A DNA stretch of 64,000 nucleotides from Thermoanaerobaculia bacterium (GTDB taxonomy: Bacteria; Acidobacteriota; Thermoanaerobaculia; Multivoradales; Multivoraceae): NCBI GenBank assembly GCA_963664405.1, contig OY761158.1, positions 2,432,001 through 2,496,000 on the forward strand. Direction: 5' to 3'. The translations under genes and the position numbers were made by a program. Positions 30,146 to 39,856 of the stretch are shown piece after piece (within the stretch, counting starts at the first letter, position 1; each line of letters starts with the position of its first letter). A model generated the notes under the pieces. The model was not told where the DNA came from. It was given only the letters and a program-made list of their open reading frames with translations, and made no database searches.

Positions 30146-30283
30146 CGCCGGCTGAAGACAGCCGTGGCGGATCTGACGCTGCGAGAGCAGGCACTGAAGG
30201 AAGCGTTGTCGAGAAAATGGTGACGCCCGCGACCCGGCGCGCGGCGGTGAGCCACTTCCGGGATCGGTGGGGCTTGAGCGAGC
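30146..30283 (+). pseudogene. IS3-family orfA/orfB junction remnant
   Basis: RLKTAVADLTL...LKEALSRKW-stop overlapping VTPATRRAAVSHF...GLSE. Confidence 0.7.
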
Positions 30284-30322
30284 CCAGGAGGGATCGGCTT
30301 CATCCAGACGTCCGGGGAGCTG

Positions 30323-30425
30323 TTGCGATTTCACCCACATATCCACGTCCTGATGGCCGATGGCGCCTGGCTCCCTGACGGGACCTTTCGACACCTTCTC
30401 TACTTCGACGCCCAGAAGGTGGAGC
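30323..30425 (+). pseudogene. Fragment of a second, different IS91-family transposase
   Basis: FHPHIHVLMADG HUH motif, opposite strand to copy B. Confidence 0.6.
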
Positions 30426-30773
30426 GCCCATCCGCAGGTTGTTGGCGGGAATCCAGGCGGAACTCCAAGAGCCGGAGCCCCTCGCTCACTCACCGCCAGC
30501 TCCCGAGCTGGTCTATGAGCCCGTCTGAGACACCCATCCCTGCCGACGTGAAGAGCGCCTGACGCTCCCGGGGGACCCTCGACTCCTCTGGCCCCCCTCC
30601 GGGGACTCCTGGAGGCCCCGCTGCCGCGCACGCCCCCAAGCACTCTCGCGACCCACCTGCCGCCAGGACCGCGCACTCTAATCCTGCTGTCGAGCCGCCG
30701 AGAAGTGACAGCCCAGCGTGCTGTATCAGTAGCAACGAAGCCTGCTAGACAACGCGGCGGTCGCGCTTGAGCC

Positions 30774-30980
30774 GTATCGACGAAGGACTCCGCCTGGTTC
30801 TCGGCCTGAAAATCTAGGGAGTTACGTAGATAGGAGACGACCAGGCGATCTCACCGGGTCGGTCAGGGGCGTCGGAGCTGAAGCTCTCGACGACGCGGAT
30901 GTAGTAGTAGCCGTCCGCAAGCGGGGGACGGGGACGGAAGGTGAAAGACACCTTGCGGCGAGCCGACGGTGATCCTTCCG
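30774..30980 (+). repeat. 207-bp diverged direct repeat, right copy
   Basis: Matches 10491-10697; carries an orphan mazF 3' tail and the intact 3' end of the 30814-33756 gene. Confidence 0.9.
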
Positions 30981-33756
30981 CGCGGTGGGAGTAGAACACT
31001 TCGTTGTTCTTGATCACGTCGACCCGTTGGATCGCTCCAGCGCCGGTCACCTCAACGGTGAACTCGGTATCGGACGAAGCCTCGATCACTCCGCCCATCA
31101 GCGTGTCGCCGGCACGGAAGTCGACAATGATGTTGTCCGTCGACCCGTAGGTCCTGCGTTCCTCGATCGCGGCTTGGATGTCCTGACGAGTCGTGACTCC
31201 CTCGGGGACGAGCAAGTTCGCGTAAGAGATGTGCGTCGAGTAGTGATCGCTCGAAGCGATGAAACCCATTCGGAAGCCGGCGCTCAAAGCGTTGCTCACC
31301 AAGCCCTGCTGGAATGGTGGACGCCCGGCCCCACCGAGGCCGATCTCCTCGGGGGTCGCGGCCCTTGGAGCACCTTCGGCCTCGTAGGAGCTGCGGTCGC
31401 CCTGATAGATCTCGGTCACCGGGATCACCGAGTCGTCGTGCAGCTTCCAGTCAGTGCCCATGATCGTCCCCGAAGTGTGAGCGATTCCGACCCCACCGGT
31501 CTCCGCCAGATAGGCCTGGAAGCCGCGGGCCTCCTTCTCCAGCAGCTCCGGACGCTCGGCGAGATGAAGCTTGCTCACCCGGTAGCTGAAGACGCCGCGG
31601 CGCGGGTGGAACACGTTGACATGGCCGAGCGGAAAATTGACCGATCGCTCGTAGCCATAGAGAGGAACGAAACGGCCGGGCACATGAAAGAGATCGGCCG
31701 ACTTCTGGGTTCGCCACCACTGGTAGATGTCGTCGGTGTTCGGCGACTCGGGCTCGTCGGTATCGAGCCAAGCCCCATAATTGTGGTCGGTCACGGCAAA
31801 GAAATCGAACGAGGCGGCGTCGAGAGCGTAGCGGTAGAGATCCCATAGAGAGCCGTCGGTCGCGCCGTCCATCGAGATCTCGCTGTGACGATGCAGGTCA
31901 CCTCGAATGATCTTGAAGTCGCCGTCGGCGGTCTCGATTCGGTGATCGCGAATGCGTGCAACCGCGAGGGCTTCCTCCGGGTGGGTCACCGGTACATCCG
32001 GCGCAACGGTTACGCGGAACCGAGTGAGATCGGGAGAGGCTGGGCGTTGCAAGTCGGCGTCGACAGAAACGGCTGCGATGTCGTGGTGCTCGGGTAGTCC
32101 GACCGGCAACAGCCGGCCGTCGCTGACGGTGCCGACGAGGAGCCCCGTCTTCGGACCCGGAACGGCCGAGATGACTGTGTCCTGCCTGCCTGTGGTGTGC
32201 GGCAGCAGCACAGGAGTCATCCAGCGCTGAGCGCCACCGCTCTCTTGCAGCGTGGTCGCGTAGAAGTCGAAGAGGTGCCCGCCATTGCGACCGCGAGAGA
32301 CCGCCTGGTGGCGCAGAAGCACCCACACCGCTCCGTCGCCATCAACGGCGAGACGGGGGTTCTGGAAGAGACTCTTGGCCAGCAGATCCGGGAGCGAATC
32401 GGTGAGCTCTGCTCCCGGCTGCTTCCACTCTCCTCGCTCGAGCACGGCGATCCTCGGGCGGCGGTACCAGCCCTCCCGCGCCCGATAGATCTCCGAGCCG
32501 CCTGCCTTCAAGTTCGCACCGACGTTCGGATTCTCGTAGCCGGTATCCTTGCCCCAGTTGGCGCCTCCCTCTTCCCACGAAAACCACACTCGGCCGGCGG
32601 AATCGACGGCAACATCGGCGCGCATCTCGGCCATCGGCGTTGCCGAGACTTCGCGAATCTCGCCGAGCGAGACGCGCCCAGCGTTGAGCGAGTAGTGGCG
32701 AGCCAACAGATCGTATGTGGCGGGTGCGGATCCCGGCGAGCGGTAGGAGTCCCACGCAACCCACGAGCCCGCCGGACCCGTCGCCACCGCCGGCTCCCAA
32801 TCGTCGCCCTGACTCTGCGAGAGGTTGATCTCTTCTCCCCAGCCATCCGTAGAGCGCACTCTCGAGAGGATCTCGCTCTGTGGCAGAGCTTCCTCGGAGA
32901 GCTGGCGGAATCCGCTCCAAACAAGAAAGAGATTGCCACGAGAGTCGGAAGCCATGCGGTGAAAAGCGTCAGGCCTCGGGTCGTTGGTGAGACGCTCTTC
33001 GTCCGACCACTCGGCGCCGTCCCAGACTCGGGCAAAGAGGTCGAAGTCGCCGCCCTCGGGATCCTTCTGGAGCGCATAGACACACCAGATCCGACCGGCC
33101 CCGTCCTCGCCCAGGGCAACTCGGAAGTGATCACCAGGAGGAGTGACGGGCCGAGGAGTCGACCAGCTCGCACCATCGCGGCTCCGCGCCACCATCACCT
33201 GATCGCCTCCTTGAATTCGGTAGCCGGTGTGGTCGATGGTCCGGTAGGCGACCCACCCCATCCAATACTCCCCAGCTCGAGTGCGGAGGATTTCGGGATC
33301 GTCGTTCTCGTAGTCGCCGCCCGAGATCACCTTCGCCAACGGCACCCGCTCCACCGTCACATCGATGCCGTCGAGGTGCTCGACCTCGCCGTAGGGAATC
33401 TCAGCGGGGATGAAAGAGAAGTCACCCATGCGGCACCATAGGGTCACCGCCTCAGACTCGGGCGAAGTGACTTCTACGAGGATGCTCTTCGGCAGAACGA
33501 CGCCTCCCGCCGAGCGCAGCGACAGCACCCACCGGTTCGGCTGAATCAGCTCATCCGCCGTATCGAGGTGCCAGCCGCTTATCCGACGCACCTGCGACGC
33601 CTCGCGGATTCCGCCGTTCCAGTTTCGGGCCGCGCGGTCCCTGGCTCCGAAGGTGATCTGGAAGGCGCTCGCCGCCACTGCAGCATCAGCCGCAAGCAAA
33701 AAGAATGCTGTAAGAGCCAAGACCGGACCGGAATGTCGCCTCACGGTGCCTTCCAT
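30814..33756 (-). CDS. Large secreted DUF3604/PHP-like metallohydrolase with N-terminal beta-propeller
   Basis: GDLHRHSE-x-S-x-DG, VTDH, GYE, H-x-S, ASSDH, YYYIRV...AWSSPI. Confidence 0.75.
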   Translation of the reverse strand: MEGTVRRHSGPVLALTAFFLLAADAAVAASAFQITFGARDRAARNWNGGIREASQVRRISGWHLDTADELIQPNRWVLSLRSAGGVVLPKSILVEVTSPESEAVTLWCRMGDFSFIPAEIPYGEVEHLDGIDVTVERVPLAKVISGGDYENDDPEILRTRAGEYWMGWVAYRTIDHTGYRIQGGDQVMVARSRDGASWSTPRPVTPPGDHFRVALGEDGAGRIWCVYALQKDPEGGDFDLFARVWDGAEWSDEERLTNDPRPDAFHRMASDSRGNLFLVWSGFRQLSEEALPQSEILSRVRSTDGWGEEINLSQSQGDDWEPAVATGPAGSWVAWDSYRSPGSAPATYDLLARHYSLNAGRVSLGEIREVSATPMAEMRADVAVDSAGRVWFSWEEGGANWGKDTGYENPNVGANLKAGGSEIYRAREGWYRRPRIAVLERGEWKQPGAELTDSLPDLLAKSLFQNPRLAVDGDGAVWVLLRHQAVSRGRNGGHLFDFYATTLQESGGAQRWMTPVLLPHTTGRQDTVISAVPGPKTGLLVGTVSDGRLLPVGLPEHHDIAAVSVDADLQRPASPDLTRFRVTVAPDVPVTHPEEALAVARIRDHRIETADGDFKIIRGDLHRHSEISMDGATDGSLWDLYRYALDAASFDFFAVTDHNYGAWLDTDEPESPNTDDIYQWWRTQKSADLFHVPGRFVPLYGYERSVNFPLGHVNVFHPRRGVFSYRVSKLHLAERPELLEKEARGFQAYLAETGGVGIAHTSGTIMGTDWKLHDDSVIPVTEIYQGDRSSYEAEGAPRAATPEEIGLGGAGRPPFQQGLVSNALSAGFRMGFIASSDHYSTHISYANLLVPEGVTTRQDIQAAIEERRTYGSTDNIIVDFRAGDTLMGGVIEASSDTEFTVEVTGAGAIQRVDVIKNNEVFYSHRAEGSPSARRKVSFTFRPRPPLADGYYYIRVVESFSSDAPDRPGEIAWSSPIYVTP

Positions 33757-33826
33757 GTTACCGGTCCCGCTCCTGAAATACCCCTCACTCGGTCTCTACG
33801 GCCTCCTCCGAGAGCCGCCTGTGAGC

Positions 33827-35380
33827 TCACGGTCGATAGCTGGGCCCAGACGCCGGCCGGACGAGCTCGCTGTCGGCGATACGCCTCGCGTCGCGCATGA
33901 AGTCGACCAGCAACGGCCGGGTGTCGCGAGGGTCGATGATCTCTTCTACTCCAAAGGCGTGGGCATTGCGGAAAGGGGACGAGATGGCATGCAGGCGAGC
34001 TTCGATCTCGGCGCGCTTCTCGGCCGGGTTCTCGGCCCCTTCGATCTCGCGCTTGTAGGCGATCGCGGTACCGCCCTCGATGTGCATCGAGCCTCCATGA
34101 GTCGACGGCCACGCGTAGCGTCGGTAGAGGCCCGAGATCCTCTGGTGCAAGCCGCCGGCGACGCCGTAGAGCTGGCGCAAGATGAAACAGATGTAGGGCG
34201 TCTGGGTGAGATTGAGAGCGGTGACCACTCGAGCACCTGCACGCACGATGCCCAGACGCTCCTGCGCCGAACCGACCGAAAATCCGGGCTCGTCGGCGAA
34301 GTACGCCAACGGCAGATGGAAGGTCTCGCACATTTCGAGCAGCCGAAGCATCTTCTCGCCGGCGGCGATGTCCATCGAGCCACCATTGAATCTCGGGTCG
34401 TTGATCATCACTCCGCAAGGCAGGCCGTCGACGCGGGCGAGGCCGGTCATGCGGGCCTCACCGTAGTAGGGCCCGATCTCGAAGAAGCTACCCTCATCGA
34501 CCACCGCTTCGATGACCTCGTGGGGATCGTAGGTGCGTCTGCGGTCCGCCGGAATCACCGAGACCAGCGCTTCTTCCCGGCGCTCCGGATCATCGGTCGG
34601 AGCGACCACCGGCGGCGCCTCCCAGACGCTGCTGGGGAGATAGGACAGAAAGCGGCGCACCTGGCCGATGGCGTCCGCCTCACTTTCGGCGAGGTTCATG
34701 ATCACGCCGTTGCGCAGCTGCGTCCGCTCGTCGCCGAGCTCTTCTTTAGTGATGGTCTCCCCCGTAGCCTGTTCGACCACACGGGGGCCGGCGACGAACA
34801 CCTGGCTGGTGCCCTTGACCATGACATTGAAGTGGCACATACACGCCTGCACCGCAGGCAGCCCCGCAACCGAGCCAAGCACCGCGGAAACGACCGGCAC
34901 CGTCTGCAGGAGCTGCGCCGATACGCTGGTCCCGGAGTTTCCGGGAAGATAGGTACGCCCGATCTGCTCGAAGGTCTTGACGCTACCGCCCGTCGCGTCG
35001 AGTAAACGCACGAAGGGCAGGCGGCTACGCAGCGCAAACTCCTCGGCAAAGCGGCTCTTGTTGCCGATATTGGCGTCCGAAGCGCCGCCGCGGATGGTGA
35101 AATCACCACCCGAGAAGGCGACTTTGCGCCCGTCGATCCGAACGGTGCCCATGACCATATTGGAGGGTTTGAGATCCGAGACCCGATCACCGTCCCAGGT
35201 CGCCGTACCGGCGAGTGCGCCAATCTCGTGAAAGGAGCCCGGATCGGCCAGCAGCTCGACCCGCTCCCTGACGGTCAGCTTGCCGCGGCCATGCTGAAAG
35301 GCAACGCTATCCACCCCACCCATCTCGGCGGCCATGCGGCGCTGCCTTTCGATTTCGTCGACGTCGTCCGACCAGCTCAT
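33827..35380 (-). CDS. Acyl-CoA carboxylase carboxyltransferase subunit
   Basis: GKLTVRER, DFTIRGG, FVAGP, DEPGF-x-VG, IIDPRDTR. Confidence 0.9.
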   Translation of the reverse strand: MSWSDDVDEIERQRRMAAEMGGVDSVAFQHGRGKLTVRERVELLADPGSFHEIGALAGTATWDGDRVSDLKPSNMVMGTVRIDGRKVAFSGGDFTIRGGASDANIGNKSRFAEEFALRSRLPFVRLLDATGGSVKTFEQIGRTYLPGNSGTSVSAQLLQTVPVVSAVLGSVAGLPAVQACMCHFNVMVKGTSQVFVAGPRVVEQATGETITKEELGDERTQLRNGVIMNLAESEADAIGQVRRFLSYLPSSVWEAPPVVAPTDDPERREEALVSVIPADRRRTYDPHEVIEAVVDEGSFFEIGPYYGEARMTGLARVDGLPCGVMINDPRFNGGSMDIAAGEKMLRLLEMCETFHLPLAYFADEPGFSVGSAQERLGIVRAGARVVTALNLTQTPYICFILRQLYGVAGGLHQRISGLYRRYAWPSTHGGSMHIEGGTAIAYKREIEGAENPAEKRAEIEARLHAISSPFRNAHAFGVEEIIDPRDTRPLLVDFMRDARRIADSELVRPASGPSYRP

Positions 35381-35469
35381 GGGATTGCTCCTTCGGCTCG
35401 GTTTGGGCAATCCTCTCATCAATCGATAGGGACAGCGGGGATCGAACGCGAATGTGATCTGCTACGCCG

Positions 35470-36216
35470 ATGACGGAGCCCTTGATCGATAGGGTCTGGC
35501 GCGGAGCAACGGAAGGACGATTCGATCCCGGCGCCGACGAGCCCAGTCTCGCGGAGGGACAAGATCTGCAGCTGCAACTGCTGGAGCGCTGGCGCCAACG
35601 CGGCGAAAGTCTGGGCGGCTGGAAGCTGGGCATGACCTCTGGCCAATCCAGGGACGCGCTCGGGGTCGGGTTCCGTCCTTTCGGCTTCATCCTCGAGAGC
35701 CGCATCCTCGAGTCTGGGAGCGAGATCAGCATCAATAGAATTCAGCGCGGCGGCGTCGAGAACGAGCTCTGCTTCATCATCGGCAGAGCCTTGGGCCAAT
35801 CAGCTACGCGGGACGACGCCATCGCCGCCATTGCCGGGGTGGCCCCCGCCTTCGAGGTCAACCAACGCCGCATTCAGGGCGAAGGGAAGCCTGGCATCCG
35901 TATCGCCGACGACCTGGCCAACTGGGGCTTGATAGTGGGCTCGCCGGTCGCAGCACCGGAGGGTCTCGACGACCTGACGGTGGTGCTCACAAGATCCGGC
36001 GAAGAGCTGGATCGGGTCAGCGCCAAGGGGCATATCGACGACCACTACCAAAGCCTTGCAACCCTCGCACGTAAGCTCGCCGAGCATGGCCAGGGGCTGA
36101 GACCCGGCGATCGGGTGATTACCGGAGCTTTCACCCGGGCCCCGCTGGGGGTGGGCAGTTATGATGGTGACTTCGGACCCGAGATCGGCCGAGTCACGGT
36201 GAATGTAACTCCATGA
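35470..36216 (+). CDS. 2-keto-4-pentenoate hydratase-like (FAH family)
   Basis: GWKLGMTS, VENELCF, PAFE, IADD, VITGA. Confidence 0.85.
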   Translation: MTEPLIDRVWRGATEGRFDPGADEPSLAEGQDLQLQLLERWRQRGESLGGWKLGMTSGQSRDALGVGFRPFGFILESRILESGSEISINRIQRGGVENELCFIIGRALGQSATRDDAIAAIAGVAPAFEVNQRRIQGEGKPGIRIADDLANWGLIVGSPVAAPEGLDDLTVVLTRSGEELDRVSAKGHIDDHYQSLATLARKLAEHGQGLRPGDRVITGAFTRAPLGVGSYDGDFGPEIGRVTVNVTP

Positions 36217-36836
36217 TTGACCTCTACACCTGGCCCACACCCAATGGCCGCAAGATATCCATCGCGCTCGAGGAGTTCGGGCTCGACTACGAGGCCCACG
36301 CCGTCAATATCGGCAAAGACGAGCAGTTTGAGCCGGCGTTCCTCAAAATAAGCCCAAACAACAAGATCCCGGCGATCGTCGACCGTGAGAGCGGTCGCGC
36401 CATGATGGAATCAGGCGCAATCCTCATCTACCTCGCCGACCTCCACCAGCGTTTCCGCGGCGATGACTGGTACGTGACCCTGGAATGGCTGATGTTGCAG
36501 ATGGGTGGCGTCGGGCCCTTCTTGGGGCAGGTGCATCACTTCCTCCGTTTCAACCCGGGGAAAGCCCCCTACGCCGAGGAGCGATATAGCGCTGAAGCCA
36601 AGCGCCTGTATCGCGTCCTCGACCAACGCCTCGCGGAGCACGAATACCTCTCGGACAGCTATTCGATCGCGGACATTGCCACCTGGCCCTGGATCTCACG
36701 CTACGAATGGCAGGGCATCGACTGGGCCGAGTATCCAAACCTGAAGCGCTGGTATCTCGTGATCGCCGACCGTCCCGCGGTTCAGGCCGGTTACGACGTG
36801 CCGATGCATGTCAACCCCCTACCTCGCCCGGAATAG
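36213..36836 (+). CDS. Glutathione S-transferase (YfcG-like)
   Basis: TPNG-x-K, ISPNNKIPA, ESGAIL-x-YL, QMGGVGP, YSIADIA-x-WPW. Confidence 0.93.
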   Translation: MIDLYTWPTPNGRKISIALEEFGLDYEAHAVNIGKDEQFEPAFLKISPNNKIPAIVDRESGRAMMESGAILIYLADLHQRFRGDDWYVTLEWLMLQMGGVGPFLGQVHHFLRFNPGKAPYAEERYSAEAKRLYRVLDQRLAEHEYLSDSYSIADIATWPWISRYEWQGIDWAEYPNLKRWYLVIADRPAVQAGYDVPMHVNPLPRPE

Positions 36837-36959
36837 GTAGCCACACACAAATCAGTGTCGGATCCCTTCTGCGATGCACATCTTCGCCGACCAGGAACGG
36901 CACTTCTTCTCAAACGACGACTTTCCCGACGCCACAATCGAGCGCGCCTTCGGGTTCCT

Positions 36960-37496
36960 AAAGGCGCATGAGCCTCTCCGATGAGTGCAAAGCCTGCGCC
37001 TCTAGCTATGTCGTCGTCGACGAGCTGGTTGCGATACATCTCGCGACTCCCGCCCGCGGGCGTCTATCACGGCCCGATCTCGGTCTCTGCGAAGAGAGGC
37101 CGCCCGTTCATATCGGGTTCATCGATCCTGATGTCGAGGGACATCGCTGCGGATCTAGCGCAGAGCGCCGATCGCATTCTTTCGATGAATGATGGTGCCT
37201 ACGTGGGATGATGTAGTGATCGGCCACTGGATCGCGCGGAACCACTGTGTAGAATCAGCTTCCGAGATCACAGAGAACATCCGAAGACGCAGAACTCCGA
37301 CAACAAACCAAACTTTCGTTACCCCCCCACCGAAGAGGTCTGACGAATTTCGTGAAGGTGCCACCCGAGCGACTTGCTCCCCCGCGATGAGAACTATCAC
37401 TATCATTTCAGCTCGAAGAGAATCTGGGAGATGGAGGAATTCCACCAGAGATTCTTTGCCGGGGCCTCCCCAGAAGCGCGCTCGGCTCGAGATTGA
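36960..37496 (+). pseudogene. Frameshifted GT31/Fringe-like glycosyltransferase remnant
   Basis: SSYV, FISGSSILMSRD, DDVVIG and YHYHF motifs appear in order across different frames. Confidence 0.5.
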
Positions 37497-37555
37497 TGCG
37501 CCCCGGTCAGATGAAACTGCAAACACAGAAGGATTCTCTGAAGAAGGAGTCAGGT

Positions 37556-38575
37556 ATGAGGCCTCGAACCCGTAACGAAGCGATACGGATCTTTCTCGCC
37601 GTCTCCTTCCTCCAGCTCACTTTTGTAGCGGCGGCCCCGGCGGAATACAAGACGCCACGAACGGCTTGGGGACACCCGGATCTGCAAGGCACATACTCGA
37701 ATACCACCCTGACGCCTTTCGAGCGTCCCGAAGCCCTGGGCGACAAGGCGTTTCTCACTGAGGCAGAGGCGGCCGAGCTCGAAAGGAAGCGTGCCGAATC
37801 GATCGTCACTGCGGCCGAGGCGCCGGCGTCCCAGACCGAGGCGGGAGGCCGGGTCGGCGGCTACAACCAGCACTGGCTGGAGCTCGGAACCAAGGTCGTC
37901 GGCACTCGCCGGACCTCTCTGGTGGTCGATCCGCCGACCGGGCGCGTTCCGGTCCGTCCCGAGGCACTGGCCCAGCGCGACTACGAGCTCGAAGAGAGCT
38001 TCAACGACTATGTCCACATGAGCGTGTGGGATCGCTGCATCACTCGCGGTGTCCCCGGCGGCTTCTTCCCAGCCGGATACAACAACAACTACCGCATCCT
38101 GCAAACACCCGACACGGTGGCGATCTACTTCGAGATGATCCACGACGTCAGGTTGATCCCGCTCCACGGTCGGCCCCACGTCGACTCGGACATCGTGCTG
38201 TGGCACGGGGACTCGCGCGGGCGCTGGGAGGGGGACACCCTGGTCGTGGAGACCAGGAACTTCTCGGGCAAGAGCTGGATCGCGACCAGCGGTTCCCAGG
38301 GTCGGGTCAAGGGCATCGCGCAGACCAGGGACGCCCACACGATCGAGCGCTTTACTCGCCTCGACGACAACACGATCGATTATCAGGTGACGGTCACCGA
38401 CCCCGCTGTCTACACTGCGCCCTGGACTGTTCAGACGCCTCTCTACACGGAAGAGGGTCTCGATCTCTTCGAGTACGCTTGTCACGAGGGCAACTGGGCC
38501 GTCCGCAACACCTTGAGCGGCGCCAGAGCCGAAGAGCGGGCCGCGCGCGGCCAGTCACCGATAGAGGAGAACTAG
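37556..38575 (+). CDS. Secreted uncharacterised protein (EYACHEGN family)
   Basis: GAAGGAG RBS, signal peptide, WGHPDLQG, DRC, YNNNY-x-ILQ, GDSRG-x-WEGDTLVV, EYACHEGN. Confidence 0.8.
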   Translation: MRPRTRNEAIRIFLAVSFLQLTFVAAAPAEYKTPRTAWGHPDLQGTYSNTTLTPFERPEALGDKAFLTEAEAAELERKRAESIVTAAEAPASQTEAGGRVGGYNQHWLELGTKVVGTRRTSLVVDPPTGRVPVRPEALAQRDYELEESFNDYVHMSVWDRCITRGVPGGFFPAGYNNNYRILQTPDTVAIYFEMIHDVRLIPLHGRPHVDSDIVLWHGDSRGRWEGDTLVVETRNFSGKSWIATSGSQGRVKGIAQTRDAHTIERFTRLDDNTIDYQVTVTDPAVYTAPWTVQTPLYTEEGLDLFEYACHEGNWAVRNTLSGARAEERAARGQSPIEEN

Positions 38576-38579
38576 GAAG

Positions 38580-39392
38580 ATGCGAAACCATGGCAGGGAC
38601 GGAATCGCTCCCATTACAGTGGCGCTGGCCTTCCTGCTCGGCGCGGCGGGCATCAATGCCCAGGACTTTCGGGCACCGCGCACACCCGACGACAAGCCGA
38701 ACCTCAACGGCGTCTGGCAGGCGCTGAGCTCGGCCCATCACGACATCGAGGGCCACGCCGCCCGGATGGGGCCGATCGTCGAGCTCGGTGCCCTGGGCTC
38801 CATTCCCGCCGGGCTAGGCATCGTCGAGGGAGGCCAGATCCCTTACCAGGACTGGGCCCGCACCAAGCAGCAGGAGAACCTCGCGGAGTGGTGGAAGCTC
38901 GACCCCGCGGTCAAATGCTTCATGCCAGGCATCCCCCGAGCCAACTACATGCCCTTTCCCTTTCAGATCGTCCAGAGTCCCGACTTCGTACTCATCGCTT
39001 ATGAGTTCGCGAGCGCGAGCCGTGTCGTCTACATGAAGCGACCCGACTTCGAGAGCCCCGCCGACACCTGGATGGGTCACTCGCGCGCACGGTGGGAAGG
39101 TGAGACCCTGGTCATCGATGTCACCTCGCAGGTGCCGGACACCTGGCTCGACAGCTCCGGCAACCACCACAGCGTCGACATCCACGTCGAAGAGCGCTTC
39201 ACCGCGATCAGCGCCAACCACATCCAGTACGAGGCAACGATCACCGATCCCGAAACCTATACGCGACCCTGGAAGGTCAGCTTCCCGCTCTACCGACGGG
39301 TCGATCCCAACATGCAGCTTCTCGAGTTCAAATGCGTCGAGTTCGCCGAAGAGTTGATGTACGGCCACTTGCGCAAAGGTGCAACCGAATAG
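38580..39392 (+). CDS. Secreted uncharacterised paralogue (short form)
   Basis: PNLNGVWQ, KC-x-x-PG-x-PR, WEGETLVI, EFKCVE. Confidence 0.8.
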   Translation: MRNHGRDGIAPITVALAFLLGAAGINAQDFRAPRTPDDKPNLNGVWQALSSAHHDIEGHAARMGPIVELGALGSIPAGLGIVEGGQIPYQDWARTKQQENLAEWWKLDPAVKCFMPGIPRANYMPFPFQIVQSPDFVLIAYEFASASRVVYMKRPDFESPADTWMGHSRARWEGETLVIDVTSQVPDTWLDSSGNHHSVDIHVEERFTAISANHIQYEATITDPETYTRPWKVSFPLYRRVDPNMQLLEFKCVEFAEELMYGHLRKGATE

Positions 39393-39404
39393 GAGGTCAA
39401 TCAG

Positions 39405-39830
39405 ATGCAAAACAAAACTGCGATCGCCGCAACCGCCTTGATCTTGGCCGTGTCGACCCTTCCGATCTCGGCACACCACGCTTTCTCCGCTGAGTTCGAC
39501 GCCAACGCCCCCATCAACCTCACAGGAACCGTGACCAAGATGGAGTGGATCAACCCGCACTCCTGGGTCCACATCGCGGTCACCAAGGATGACGGCACGG
39601 TCGAGAATTGGATGATCGAAGGCGGCACACCGAATACCCTCTTCCGTCGCGGCTTCACCAAGGACTCGCTGGCGCCGGGAACCGTGATCGTGGTCGACGG
39701 CTACCAGGCCAAGGACGGCACGATGAAAGGCAATGGGCGGGACCTCACCTTCACCGACGGCCGCAAGCTCTTCCTCGGCTCCTCCGGTACCGGCGCGCCG
39801 CGCGACGGTCGCGACGCGACCGAGCGTTAG
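39405..39830 (+). CDS. DUF6152 family protein
   Basis: AGGAGG RBS, signal peptide, AHHAFSAEFD, G-x-VT-x-x-EW-x-NPH, W-x-x-EGG. Confidence 0.85.
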   Translation: MQNKTAIAATALILAVSTLPISAHHAFSAEFDANAPINLTGTVTKMEWINPHSWVHIAVTKDDGTVENWMIEGGTPNTLFRRGFTKDSLAPGTVIVVDGYQAKDGTMKGNGRDLTFTDGRKLFLGSSGTGAPRDGRDATER

Positions 39831-39856
39831 CTCCTCGCCCCGAAAGAGAGCTTGAC

